Positions 10,003-20,262 of a stretch of 64,000 bases of DNA are shown in pieces. The translations under genes were made by a program, and so were the position numbers. The notes under the pieces are model-generated. The model had not been told where the DNA came from and did not search any database. It saw only the letters and a program-made list of their open reading frames with translations. Positions within the stretch are counted from its first letter, which is position 1. Every line of letters begins with the position of its first letter. Origin of the DNA: Nitrospirota bacterium (GTDB lineage Bacteria; Nitrospirota; UBA9217); the NCBI GenBank assembly GCA_963845065.1, contig CAWJQQ010000009.1:1-64000 (forward strand). The letters run 5' to 3'.

Positions 10003-10926
10003 ATGAAAAGACGGTTCAGCGTAGTTATTGCAGCGTATAACCGTGAAAATTACATTCGCCCGACAATTGACTCCGTGTTGTCGCAAACATTCCATGACTA
10101 TGAAATCATCGTCGTCGATGACGGTTCCACCGACCGGACCCAGGAGGTCCTTCAAACCTATGGCGACCAGATAAAGTACGTTCGGCAGGTGAATCAAGGA
10201 TCAGAGGCGACTTTCAGAAAGGGTGCATCCCTGGCGAAGGGAGAATATCTGGCATTTCTGGACAGCGATGACCTGTTCATGCCCTGCGCGCTGGCGACCT
10301 ATGATACGATAATACGGTCGCTCGATTCGCCTCCCCTGATCATGGGATCCATGATCAGGTTCCATGACGGGCAGGACGTTGAAAACTGTAAAAAGCATAC
10401 GCCCTTCATAGAAGTCCTGAAATACCGGGACTACCTCTCAAAAGAGATCGGGATGGGAATAGCCCAAAGCACCATTGTAATGAAAAGGACCGTCTTTGAG
10501 GAAGTAAGCGCGGAAATGGACAGGTCCGCGAACCCCAATTTGTTCAACTATGACTACAATCTGATTCTTCAGGCCGGGACCCACGGGCCCTGCGTAATTG
10601 TTAGAAAACCGGTCACCGTCGGATATCGTCAGCATGCAAACCAGAACAGCCTGAACATAATAAAAATGAGCGAAGGCGTTCTGTCCCTCATCAAAATGGT
10701 CCGTAGCGGACAATCCTTCGGCGGGTGGTCCCGGTTGCCTGCCAAGTGCGCATATTTGGGCGGTCCTGTTCTCGAGTGGTGCAAAAAGGCATTGAAAAGC
10801 AATCGACCAGGGCTAGCTTTCAAACTTCTTATTAATGGATGGCCAATGATGTTGGTAGCCGCACTGCGGAAGACTTGGATAAAATTATCACGAACAACCA
10901 CTCCCCTGACCATAAAGAACGAATAA
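10003..10926 (+). CDS. Glycosyltransferase family 2
   Basis: SVVIAAYN, VVDDGSTD, FLDSDD. Confidence 0.9.
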   Translation: MKRRFSVVIAAYNRENYIRPTIDSVLSQTFHDYEIIVVDDGSTDRTQEVLQTYGDQIKYVRQVNQGSEATFRKGASLAKGEYLAFLDSDDLFMPCALATYDTIIRSLDSPPLIMGSMIRFHDGQDVENCKKHTPFIEVLKYRDYLSKEIGMGIAQSTIVMKRTVFEEVSAEMDRSANPNLFNYDYNLILQAGTHGPCVIVRKPVTVGYRQHANQNSLNIIKMSEGVLSLIKMVRSGQSFGGWSRLPAKCAYLGGPVLEWCKKALKSNRPGLAFKLLINGWPMMLVAALRKTWIKLSRTTTPLTIKNE

Positions 10927-11186
10927 CAATGAGACATAATTATTTAAATAGAAATTAATAGAATTAAGCTAAGCTGCAACAAGCTGAATGGAACATGGTA
11001 GACAATTAGTGTAAGGTAATCAGAGGTTCTCTGATTGCGTGTTGGGGAGAATAGTAAGGATTTTCTATTCCAAATTATTTTAATGCAAACTATGCCGACT
11101 GTAACTAATGACGTCTCACCAGACGACGATAGGCTTGAATAATACTCGAACCATTCAAAGCCGTTAATTCGAACCTCTAAAAAAAT

Positions 11187-12827
11187 ATGTACTTATTGCA
11201 TCATTTACTTACTGAAAGCTCCATAAAATATCCTGAAAAGACCGCTGTCGCATTTAAGGATACAACGATCACCTATTCGTCGCTGGAAACCACAAGCAAT
11301 CAACTTGCCCTGACGCTCTCGAAACATGGGATAACACGAGGTGACCGGATTGGGATCATGCTGGGCAAATCGATCGAGTCGATCATCGCGCTCTTCGGCA
11401 TCATGAAAGCAGGGGCGATATATGTTCCTCTGGACCCGCTTGCCCCGGTTGCAAGGGTCAACCATATCATCACCCACTGCGGGATAGAATGCCTGATAAC
11501 CTCAATGGATCATCTGCAAAAATTCTGTTCAGGTACGCAGGAAGGTCTACCGCTCCGCAAAATGGTCCTGACAGGACCGACGCGGGGTGAGGTTGTGATC
11601 CAAGGAGAAAGAGTCGATGTCATATACTTGGATGAGGTTGCGGGACAGACGGGAGAGGAGCATTGCGATGTATCTCTGTCGGACTCGGCTCCTGCCTACA
11701 TTCTTCACACTTCCGGTTCAACCGGGACTCCGAAAGGAGTAGTTATCTCGCACCTAAATGCCTTGACTTTTGTCAACATGGCAGCGGATTTTTTTAAGAT
11801 AGGAGAAAATGACCGGATTGCAAACCACGCGCCCCTTCATTTCGACCTTTCCGTGTTCGACATCTTTGGGGCGATAAAAGCAGGAGCGACGATTATATTA
11901 ATTCCAGAGTTCCTGTCGACGTTTCCCTCTAGGCTTGCTGAATACATTGATCGCGAACAAGTTACGATTTGGAATTCGGTCGCTTCCGTTCTGGCCATGC
12001 TCGCGGCCAAGGGAAGCCTGGCACGGCTCGCCTTCAGTTCATTGCGTCTAGTCCATTTTTCAGGCGAGGTCTTGCCCCTGAAATATCTTCGGATACTAAG
12101 ACAGTCCATGCAAAAGGCAGAATTCTTCAATATATATGGACAAACGGAAGCCAACTCATCACTATTTTACCGAGTTGATGATATAACGAAAGATTATGCA
12201 AGGAACATCCCTATCGGGAAGCCCTTTCCGCACTTTGATGTTTTTGCCATAGATGACAAGGGGAAAGTCATCAGCGGCATAGGTGAGGAAGGAGAGCTCC
12301 ATGTCTTGAGCAATACGGTGGCATTGGGCTACTGGAATGACGACGAGAGGACACGTGAACGGTTTGTACTTGATCCTCGGGGGCATTCTGCTCAAGCGCG
12401 GGTATACAAGACCGGAGACCTTGTCCGTCTCGACCCGGAACGAAACTACATTTTTGTCGGTCGTAAAGATCACATGATAAAAAGCAGGGGATACCGGATC
12501 GAGCTGGGTGAAGTTGAAGTCGTGTTGAACAGCCATCCCTTGATCAGACAAGCCGCTGCTATCGCCGTGCCGGATGAACTAATCGGGAACAGGATTATCG
12601 CCTTTGTGTCGCTTATCGAGGGGGCGGGATTCAGTCAAAAAGAATTTATTGATTTTTGCGCCGCTGCCTTGCCCAGATATATGGTGCCGGAAGTCATCGA
12701 ATATCGCGCTTTCCTACCGGTAACACCAAACGGGAAAATAGATAGAATATCCCTGGCAAACGATTTATTAATGAAACCTAATGAGAATAACTTTAAGGAG
12801 AGACAATCAATCACGCTGCCTTCGTAA
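11187..12827 (+). CDS. Stand-alone amino-acid adenylation enzyme (PltF/DltA-like)
   Basis: AYILHTSGSTGTPKG, HFDLS, NIYGQTE, YKTGDL, RIELGE, PNGKIDR; no C or T domain. Confidence 0.9.
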   Translation: MYLLHHLLTESSIKYPEKTAVAFKDTTITYSSLETTSNQLALTLSKHGITRGDRIGIMLGKSIESIIALFGIMKAGAIYVPLDPLAPVARVNHIITHCGIECLITSMDHLQKFCSGTQEGLPLRKMVLTGPTRGEVVIQGERVDVIYLDEVAGQTGEEHCDVSLSDSAPAYILHTSGSTGTPKGVVISHLNALTFVNMAADFFKIGENDRIANHAPLHFDLSVFDIFGAIKAGATIILIPEFLSTFPSRLAEYIDREQVTIWNSVASVLAMLAAKGSLARLAFSSLRLVHFSGEVLPLKYLRILRQSMQKAEFFNIYGQTEANSSLFYRVDDITKDYARNIPIGKPFPHFDVFAIDDKGKVISGIGEEGELHVLSNTVALGYWNDDERTRERFVLDPRGHSAQARVYKTGDLVRLDPERNYIFVGRKDHMIKSRGYRIELGEVEVVLNSHPLIRQAAAIAVPDELIGNRIIAFVSLIEGAGFSQKEFIDFCAAALPRYMVPEVIEYRAFLPVTPNGKIDRISLANDLLMKPNENNFKERQSITLPS

Positions 12828-12854
12828 ACAACGTGATGTCGTCGGCCTCAGAGT

Positions 12855-13805
12855 ATGAAGATTTCAGAGAATGAAACGCACGCACCGGCCCCTGATGTTG
12901 ACCCGGGGATATTCGCCCTGCAGTTGAGATGCCCATCATGTAAGTGGGCATTTACTGAGCTGCCTCGTTTAAAAAAAAGACCGGATCATTTGTGTTGCTC
13001 GTATTGCGGGTATGCGATGACAGTAGAAGATGCCTTTTGTGATGCGCGCTTAAACAAAGAATTTCCGAGTGAATATTCGAGACTATGGGCCTTATGGGAA
13101 GAGGGCAGGCTAGGAGATCCGGGTCTGGTATATGGAGTGATCCCACAAGACGATTTTCGACATGTACTGCGCGCTCTGGAGCTGTCACAGGATGATTTAA
13201 AAAATATGAAGGTCCTGGAAATAGGCTTTGGCCATGGAAGATTGCTCCATGAAATCCAAAAGTACAGCGCCACTGCATACGGCATCGACGCCGTCATGCC
13301 GTTATCATCATCGTCCTTTCGCCCCGGAACGATCATTTGCGGTGATTTGTTCAATATCCCCATCATGCCTGGTCAGTTCGATCTTGTTATCTGCAAGGGA
13401 GTTATCCAGATGACGCCCTGGCCCAAGAAAGCGTTCGACTGCATCTCGGAACAGGTAGCACAAAAAGGACGACTATATATTACTGTGTATGAAAAAGGCG
13501 AGAAGCAGAGTCTGCGATTGAGAAAGCTTTTGCCAGGGGCTTGGCGATATCACGAGTCGCTGCGCTTGGCTATAGCAGGACTTTTAAGCGCGCCGCGGGC
13601 GATGTTAGAAACGCTAAGAGACGGAAAATTCGAACCGAAAACATTCAACCGGTATCTGGGGGATTACAAACTCGGTATTTTTGATGTGCTCTCTACCCGT
13701 TGGACGAGCCAGCACTCGATAGAGGAGATCATGTCCTGGTTTACCTCAAACGGCTTTGAAGTCTTGCGGACCGGTAAATGCCACTACCTGGGCACAAAAA
13801 AGTGA
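12855..13805 (+). CDS. Class I SAM methyltransferase with N-terminal CxxC..CxxC zinc ribbon
   Basis: CPSC...CSYC, then VLEIGFGHG, FDLVIC. Confidence 0.75.
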   Translation: MKISENETHAPAPDVDPGIFALQLRCPSCKWAFTELPRLKKRPDHLCCSYCGYAMTVEDAFCDARLNKEFPSEYSRLWALWEEGRLGDPGLVYGVIPQDDFRHVLRALELSQDDLKNMKVLEIGFGHGRLLHEIQKYSATAYGIDAVMPLSSSSFRPGTIICGDLFNIPIMPGQFDLVICKGVIQMTPWPKKAFDCISEQVAQKGRLYITVYEKGEKQSLRLRKLLPGAWRYHESLRLAIAGLLSAPRAMLETLRDGKFEPKTFNRYLGDYKLGIFDVLSTRWTSQHSIEEIMSWFTSNGFEVLRTGKCHYLGTKK

Positions 13806-13941
13806 CGGTACGCCTCATGAGTCATCAAGCTGTTCTATTCTCGACAAATATAATGCAGATAGAGCGGTAATGTGATGAACACGCGAAAAAAGGAAATATT
13901 CGGCATCTGATGCGCTTCATGGTTGCCAAAAAAAACAACCT

Positions 13942-14646
13942 ATGCCTCGAATTTTTAAAATATATCGAAAGAAAATAGTCAGGAATTTAAATGATTATGG
14001 TATTTGGTTGACTCTCAAAAAAGGGACATTGTATTTATTGAGGCCAATGTACGAAAACAGGGTTTACCGAATATACCGAATAAATATTGATCAATATAAA
14101 CCGATGAACATATATGACGATCACTTTACATTTAAGTGTGTGGATAAGAATGATGATGACATGATAGTACAAATAGTTGATATGGAAGAATGGCTTCAGG
14201 ACGAATTGACTCCGAGACTCGCTGCAGGGAATGCGCTATGCATGGCCGCCATGAAGGGCAAGATCGTGGCCGGTTTTAACCTGGTGGCCTTTAAAGAAGT
14301 TTATGTCCCGCTAATCAGCAAGACGATAATGCTGCGAAAAGGCGTTGCCTGGTCCGAGCAGATCACGGTTCGGCGTGCTTACAGAAGAAAAGGGCTTGGA
14401 ACATTCATGACACATCACGTTTTTGAAGAATTAAAGAAACGAGGGATAAGAAAATTATACGAGGCAACGCTCGTGCACAACACGGCGTCGATTGATCTGG
14501 CAAGGAAGGTTGGCTTCAGGTTTCTGGCGGACATTCATTATATCAAGCTGTTCGGAGTCAAGAAATGGATATGGGGAAAATGCAACTTCGAAAAATATCA
14601 AGCCGGACACACATTGGTGGTCGAGGAAGAAGCCGTACGATCGTGA
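13942..14646 (+). CDS. GNAT-family acyltransferase
   Basis: VRRAYRRKGLG acetyl-CoA motif, NTASI..RKVGF. Confidence 0.85.
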   Translation: MPRIFKIYRKKIVRNLNDYGIWLTLKKGTLYLLRPMYENRVYRIYRINIDQYKPMNIYDDHFTFKCVDKNDDDMIVQIVDMEEWLQDELTPRLAAGNALCMAAMKGKIVAGFNLVAFKEVYVPLISKTIMLRKGVAWSEQITVRRAYRRKGLGTFMTHHVFEELKKRGIRKLYEATLVHNTASIDLARKVGFRFLADIHYIKLFGVKKWIWGKCNFEKYQAGHTLVVEEEAVRS

Positions 14647-14757
14647 TCGTTGACATCACCCTCGCAAACAACGTGATCTTGCTTGAGACCTATTGAGTGC
14701 AGCTGTCATTTCAGGCCAGACCCATGATGCGATGAAGAATCGAAAGAAAAATTCCTT

Positions 14758-15933
14758 ATGAGAGTATGTATGCTTGCATATACATTTTATGAGAGCGATA
14801 ACCGCGTGATGCGTTACGCTGAGACACTGGCTGCACGGGGAGATCATGTAGACGTTCTATCACTCAGGCAGAACGATGATGCACCAATCGATGTCATTAA
14901 GGGGGTGCGGGTCCATCACATCCAGAGACGCGAGCACAACGAACGGGGGAAATTATCATATCTCGGCAGAATGCTCAAATTTCTCGCCCGCTCATCGTGG
15001 CTGTTGACAAAAGAGCACACTAGGCAACATTATGATTTGATCCATGTTCACTCCGTGCCGGATTTCGAGGTATTTGCCGCCCTCTTTCCCAAACTTCTGG
15101 GGGCCAAGGTGATTCTCGATATTCATGATCTTGTTCCTGAATTCTATGCAAGTAAATTTGAAGTTAGCAAACATGCCCTGTCCTTTAAAATTCTCAAGTT
15201 AGTGGAGCGGTGGTCCGCGGCCTTTTCCGACCATGTGATCATTGCCAATCATCTTTGGGAGAAGGTGCTGATCGAACGCGCTGTGGCACCAGCCAAGTGT
15301 TCCACTTACCTGAACTATCCTGATAGCAGTCTTTTTAATACGTCCCTGCGCACCAGAAATGATGATGGACGCATCATCATGATATACCCCGGTACGCTCA
15401 ATTGGCACCAGGGCTTAGATATCGCTGTAAAAGCCTTCGATCTCATTAAGGACGATGTGCCAGAGGCCGAGTTCCATGTATACGGGGATGGCGGTACCAA
15501 GCAGCAACTTGTCCGGATTGTTGAGGAAAGGAAACTGCAAAATAGGGTAAAACTCATGGACGGAAGGCCGATCAGGGAAATAGCTGGAATCATGGCGAAT
15601 GCCGACATCGGCATTGTCCCAAAACGAGACGATGCTTTCGGCGGTGAAGCCTTCAGTACCAAGATCTTCGAATTCATGGCACTGGGCGTTCCCGTCATTG
15701 CGGCAAATACCCGGATCGATCGTTATTACTTTAATGACTCCATCATTAAATTCTTCCAGGCAGGCGACGAGAAGAGTCTCGCCACTGCTATGATCAATCT
15801 GATCCGAGACCCTTGCTTGCGGAAGGACTTGGCAGCAAAGGCGCTTACATATGTGGCCCAGCAGAGCTGGGACATCAAACGGCAGGACTATCTGGATCTG
15901 GTAGATCGGCTCGTCAAGGGAACGCCAGCATGA
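14758..15933 (+). CDS. Glycosyltransferase family 4
   Basis: YPGTLNWHQG, TKIFEFMALGVPVI. Confidence 0.9.
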   Translation: MRVCMLAYTFYESDNRVMRYAETLAARGDHVDVLSLRQNDDAPIDVIKGVRVHHIQRREHNERGKLSYLGRMLKFLARSSWLLTKEHTRQHYDLIHVHSVPDFEVFAALFPKLLGAKVILDIHDLVPEFYASKFEVSKHALSFKILKLVERWSAAFSDHVIIANHLWEKVLIERAVAPAKCSTYLNYPDSSLFNTSLRTRNDDGRIIMIYPGTLNWHQGLDIAVKAFDLIKDDVPEAEFHVYGDGGTKQQLVRIVEERKLQNRVKLMDGRPIREIAGIMANADIGIVPKRDDAFGGEAFSTKIFEFMALGVPVIAANTRIDRYYFNDSIIKFFQAGDEKSLATAMINLIRDPCLRKDLAAKALTYVAQQSWDIKRQDYLDLVDRLVKGTPA

Positions 15934-16811
15934 TCCGTCTTGACCGATTCATAACCTTAGCGCTCTTCGGTCCTCTTGCAGGATTGACCAAAAACACAGG
16001 AATACGTATTCCGATCCTGATGTATCACAGCATTTCACGGGAAGAAGAGCATGGTTCCCATCCTTATTACCGACTAGTAACTACCCCCGAGGTCTTCAGT
16101 CAGCACATGGCCTTGCTTGCCGATCGAGGATATCAGGTCATAGGACTTGATGAAGCAATAATGCTTCTGCGGCAGGAAAACAAAGTTCATCAGCGAATGC
16201 CTTCCAAACCGATTGTCCTAACGTTTGATGATGGCTTTCTCGATTTTTATATCGATGCATTCCCCATCCTTAAACGTTATGGCTTCACGGCCACAGTTTT
16301 TCTGCCGACGTCCTTTATTGGCGCCGTTGGTAAAGCAAACATGGGGAAGCCGTTCCTCTCCTGGCCTCAGGTTCGCGAACTTGTCAATGAGGGTGTAACC
16401 TTTGGTTCACATACCGTGTCACACGGCTATATGGCCGGAATGACGCATGCCGACGTCGAACAGGAACTCCGACAGTCTAAGGACGTCATCGAGGAGAGGA
16501 CCGGGATTCCCGTGCGGTCTTTTTCTTATCCTTATGCGTTCCCTGAATACGATAATGACTTTGTCGCCTTTCTGCGTCACGCCTTACAGGGCTGCGGCTA
16601 CTCATGTGCTGTTAGTACAATCATTGGCACCGCAGTGCAAAGGGATGATCCGTTCACGCTCAAGCGTTTGCCGGTAAACGCGTCCGACGACCCTGCCTTG
16701 CTGATGGCTAAAATGACAGGCAGCTACGACTGGATGCATACGGCACAGTATGCGGCTAAGTCGGCACGGGCTTTGTTGGGAATTCGCAGAAAAATGAATT
16801 TCGGGAAATAG
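15930..16811 (+). CDS. Polysaccharide deacetylase (NodB/IcaB-like)
   Basis: PILMYH, LTFDDG, FGSHTVSH, FSYPY; ATGA overlap with the upstream stop. Confidence 0.9.
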   Translation: MIRLDRFITLALFGPLAGLTKNTGIRIPILMYHSISREEEHGSHPYYRLVTTPEVFSQHMALLADRGYQVIGLDEAIMLLRQENKVHQRMPSKPIVLTFDDGFLDFYIDAFPILKRYGFTATVFLPTSFIGAVGKANMGKPFLSWPQVRELVNEGVTFGSHTVSHGYMAGMTHADVEQELRQSKDVIEERTGIPVRSFSYPYAFPEYDNDFVAFLRHALQGCGYSCAVSTIIGTAVQRDDPFTLKRLPVNASDDPALLMAKMTGSYDWMHTAQYAAKSARALLGIRRKMNFGK

Positions 16812-16906
16812 GCCGCTCCTTTGATAGTCAATCATAAGTACAACGGTTATAATGGTCTCACTTTGTATTACGATTGCTTTAGAAGATTTTTTGAGCCAGA
16901 CAGAAA

Positions 16907-18109
16907 ATGAGCGATAAAAGTATGAGTAGGAATAGTGTCTTGATGATCGTAGAAAACTACTTTCCGTACGATATTCGTGTGAGGAAAGAGGCTTATACGC
17001 TCGGCGACTATTATAAACTTTCCGTAATAGCCTTAAAAAGAAAAGAGGAAAAGTACTACGAAAAAATAGACGGCATAGAAATATTTAGAATCCCCGAAAT
17101 TTTTTATAATAAAATAGCTTTTCATAAAATTAGTTATACACTCCAATATATATGGTTTTCTTTAATGTCCTTGTTTATTTTCATGGTTACTCATATAAAA
17201 AACAGGTACAAGGTAATTCATACTCATAATCCCCCTGATACCCTTTTCTTTATCGCAATTATAGGTAAGTTATTTTCCATAAAATACATATATGATCATC
17301 ATGATTTGTCACCGGAACTATATCTGTCCCGATTTTCGGGGAAGAAAGATCTCTCCTATAAAATATTGCTTATTGCAGAGAAGTATAGTTGCAAAGTAGC
17401 GGATAAAATCATTACAACGAATACATCCTACAGGCAAATTGCAATAGAGCGGCATCACATTCTGCCGGAGAAAATAGTAATCGTCAGAAATAATCCATCT
17501 CTCGATGAATTTGCGGAAATTAGGCCGATTAAAGAAATAGAAAAGACAAAAAAAGTGCTTCTTTATGTCGGCAGTATCAATCCGCAAGATGGAATTGAAA
17601 TATTGCTTCAGGCTTTACACTTTCTTGTCAATGACCTAAATGAAAAAGATTTTATGTGTTATGTCGTCGGTGACGGCGATTCATTAAGCGCGGCAGTAAA
17701 AACTGCAAAACGGCTAAATATGATGGAATACGTTTACTTCAAGGGGCTCATAAGCGACAGAAAGAAAATCATGCAACTTTATCATTTAGCAGACATCTGT
17801 TTGGAACCGGCTCCGGACAACGAGTTGAATAGACATTCCACATTCATAAAAATTATGGAGTATATGGCAGCTGGCAAGCCTATAATTGCCTTTGATTTGC
17901 CCGAATCAAGACGTTCTGCTGACGGGTCGGCATTGTTTGTGCCTCCCGGTGATATAGAAGGGTTCTCCCTTGCTATAATGAAGCTGCTTCGGGATGCTGA
18001 ACTCAGGGATGCGCTCGGGAAAGTCGGTAAAACCAAAGTGAACGAAGAACTTAATTGGGACAATGCCGCGTCCACTTTGTTAAAAGTGTATTCATCGTTG
18101 TTGGGTTAG
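16907..18109 (+). CDS. Glycosyltransferase family 4
   Basis: HNPPD, YDHHDL, KIMEYMAAGKP. Confidence 0.9.
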   Translation: MSDKSMSRNSVLMIVENYFPYDIRVRKEAYTLGDYYKLSVIALKRKEEKYYEKIDGIEIFRIPEIFYNKIAFHKISYTLQYIWFSLMSLFIFMVTHIKNRYKVIHTHNPPDTLFFIAIIGKLFSIKYIYDHHDLSPELYLSRFSGKKDLSYKILLIAEKYSCKVADKIITTNTSYRQIAIERHHILPEKIVIVRNNPSLDEFAEIRPIKEIEKTKKVLLYVGSINPQDGIEILLQALHFLVNDLNEKDFMCYVVGDGDSLSAAVKTAKRLNMMEYVYFKGLISDRKKIMQLYHLADICLEPAPDNELNRHSTFIKIMEYMAAGKPIIAFDLPESRRSADGSALFVPPGDIEGFSLAIMKLLRDAELRDALGKVGKTKVNEELNWDNAASTLLKVYSSLLG

Positions 18110-18379
18110 GTAGAGAAGCTTCGTGGCTATATTTATTATTTATCGATAACGATTTTAACCATTGACTGGGGCGCATTTAGAAGTTAAAGCTAATACAGGT
18201 CAACGCATCAGACATTCTGGCATTGCCGGATTCTATAAATCTTTGTCGGCTATGGCTGGATGCATACAGCGGAGTATACAACCAGGACAGTTAGGGATAT
18301 ATTCGGACTTTGCAAAAGAAAGAGTTTGACACAGTGTGCTTCTTGATGAATTTACTCTAGAATAAAGATCAGCTTCTAT

Positions 18380-19252
18380 ATGGGTTTGGATAAAAAATAT
18401 ATTGTAATAACGCCGGTCAGAGATGAAGAAAAATACATAGAAAATGTCTTTAGATCTATGATTTCTCAACAGGTAATTCCTGCCGAGTGGATCATCGTCG
18501 ACGACGGATCGACGGACAAAACCGCGTCAATAATCGAGGGTTATAGTTCAAAATATACTTGGATTAAGATTATCCATCGCAAGAATAGGGGTTTCCGGAG
18601 GTCTGGGAATGGCGTCGTTGAGGCGTTCTACGATGGATTGAATAACCTATCGACGTCTGACTGGGACTTTCTGGTCAAGCTGGATGGAGATCTTTCGTTT
18701 GGTCCCGATTATTTTAAAAAATGCTTTGATCATTTTGCCGATGATCCAAAGCTGGGGATAGGCGGAGGCGATATTTACAATGATGTTAGGGGTAAACTCG
18801 TCCTGGAAAGAAACCCGGCTTTTCACGTCAGGGGAGCCACGAAAATATACCGAAAAGAATGTTGGGACGCACTGGGAGGTCTAATTGCAGCTCCAGGTTG
18901 GGATACACTGGACGAAGTCAAAGCAAATATGCTTGGCTGGAAAACCCACTGTTTTGCCGATCTTAGACTCGTTCACCACAGGTATACAGGTTCAGCCGAT
19001 GGCCGCTGGGGCGGATGGGTAAAAAACGGAAGAGCTAATTATATTTCGGGATATCATCCTGTATTCATGCTACTCAAATGTTTACGAAGGACGTTTAGGA
19101 AACCGGTCATCATCAGTGGCCTAGGTCTTTTTTATGGCTTCATATCAGGATATTTCAAGCGTATACCGCAAGTCGGTGATCGTGCACTTATCAATTATCT
19201 TAGAAGACAACAGATGAACAGAATCCTTCTGAAGGAAAGCATCTGGAAGTAG
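18380..19252 (+). CDS. Glycosyltransferase family 2
   Basis: ITPVRDE, IVDDGSTD, KLDGD. Confidence 0.9.
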   Translation: MGLDKKYIVITPVRDEEKYIENVFRSMISQQVIPAEWIIVDDGSTDKTASIIEGYSSKYTWIKIIHRKNRGFRRSGNGVVEAFYDGLNNLSTSDWDFLVKLDGDLSFGPDYFKKCFDHFADDPKLGIGGGDIYNDVRGKLVLERNPAFHVRGATKIYRKECWDALGGLIAAPGWDTLDEVKANMLGWKTHCFADLRLVHHRYTGSADGRWGGWVKNGRANYISGYHPVFMLLKCLRRTFRKPVIISGLGLFYGFISGYFKRIPQVGDRALINYLRRQQMNRILLKESIWK

Positions 19253-19254
19253 GC

Positions 19255-20208
19255 ATGGATCTGTCCATAATAATCGTCAACTGGAATTCAGCCGACTATG
19301 TAAAAAAATGTCTAAGCAGCTTAAATGCAAATACTACCGGTGTTGAACATGAGATCATTGTTGTTGATAATGGATCCTATGATTCGTGCGAGAAAATGAT
19401 TGCAAAAGACTTTCCCGCTGTGCGTTTTTTTCAGAGTAAAGAGAACAGGGGGTTCGCACAAGGAAATAATTTCGGAGCTGAGAGGGCGAAAGGGGATTAT
19501 CTGCTGTTCCTGAATCCCGATACCGAGGCTGTAAATAGTGCAGTTTCGGGAATGTTAACAGTTATCAAGAATCTACCTCGAACCGGTGTTCTTGGATGCA
19601 AACTGCTGAACTCGGACATGACAACCCAGACTAGTTGTATACAGCCCTTCCCGACTATAGTCAATCAATTGCTTGATGCAAGAGTTCTTCATCGACTATT
19701 CCCAAGACTTTCCCTATGGGGGATTGCGCCGCTGTTCATGGATAACAAAGAACCGGCTACGGTCCAGGTAATTTCAGGTGCATGCATGATGATCAGGAAA
19801 ACGGTCTTTGAAAAAGTGGGCGGTTTCAGTTCTGAATATTTCATGTACACCGAGGATATCGATCTTTGCTATAAGGTACAGCGTGCCGGATATAGCAATT
19901 ACTATACAGGCGCGGTTTCAATTATCCATCATGGTGGAGGAAGCTCTCAGTTTCGAAAAGAGAGTTCATTTGCCAATGTTCAGATGAGAGAGTCCATTTC
20001 AAAGTTTTTAGCGAAAACACGGGGTAAGCTTTACTCAACCCTGTATCGCGGATCGATGTTCCTTGCAGGAGTTATTAGACTTTTCATAATATTACTGGTA
20101 TTCATTCCTTGTATACTGGCTGGTCGTTATGCTCGCTGCAAGGATTCATTTAACAAATGGACTAAAATTGTACAATGGTCTCTTGGGAACACGAACTTGT
20201 CATCATGA
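19255..20208 (+). CDS. Glycosyltransferase family 2
   Basis: IIIVNWN, VDNGS, FLNPD, FMYTEDIDL. Confidence 0.9.
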   Translation: MDLSIIIVNWNSADYVKKCLSSLNANTTGVEHEIIVVDNGSYDSCEKMIAKDFPAVRFFQSKENRGFAQGNNFGAERAKGDYLLFLNPDTEAVNSAVSGMLTVIKNLPRTGVLGCKLLNSDMTTQTSCIQPFPTIVNQLLDARVLHRLFPRLSLWGIAPLFMDNKEPATVQVISGACMMIRKTVFEKVGGFSSEYFMYTEDIDLCYKVQRAGYSNYYTGAVSIIHHGGGSSQFRKESSFANVQMRESISKFLAKTRGKLYSTLYRGSMFLAGVIRLFIILLVFIPCILAGRYARCKDSFNKWTKIVQWSLGNTNLSS

Positions 20209-20262
20209 TCATTGATATAAGACAAAATCTTATCAGCCAAAATGAAATGCGGTTAGCTTTTT

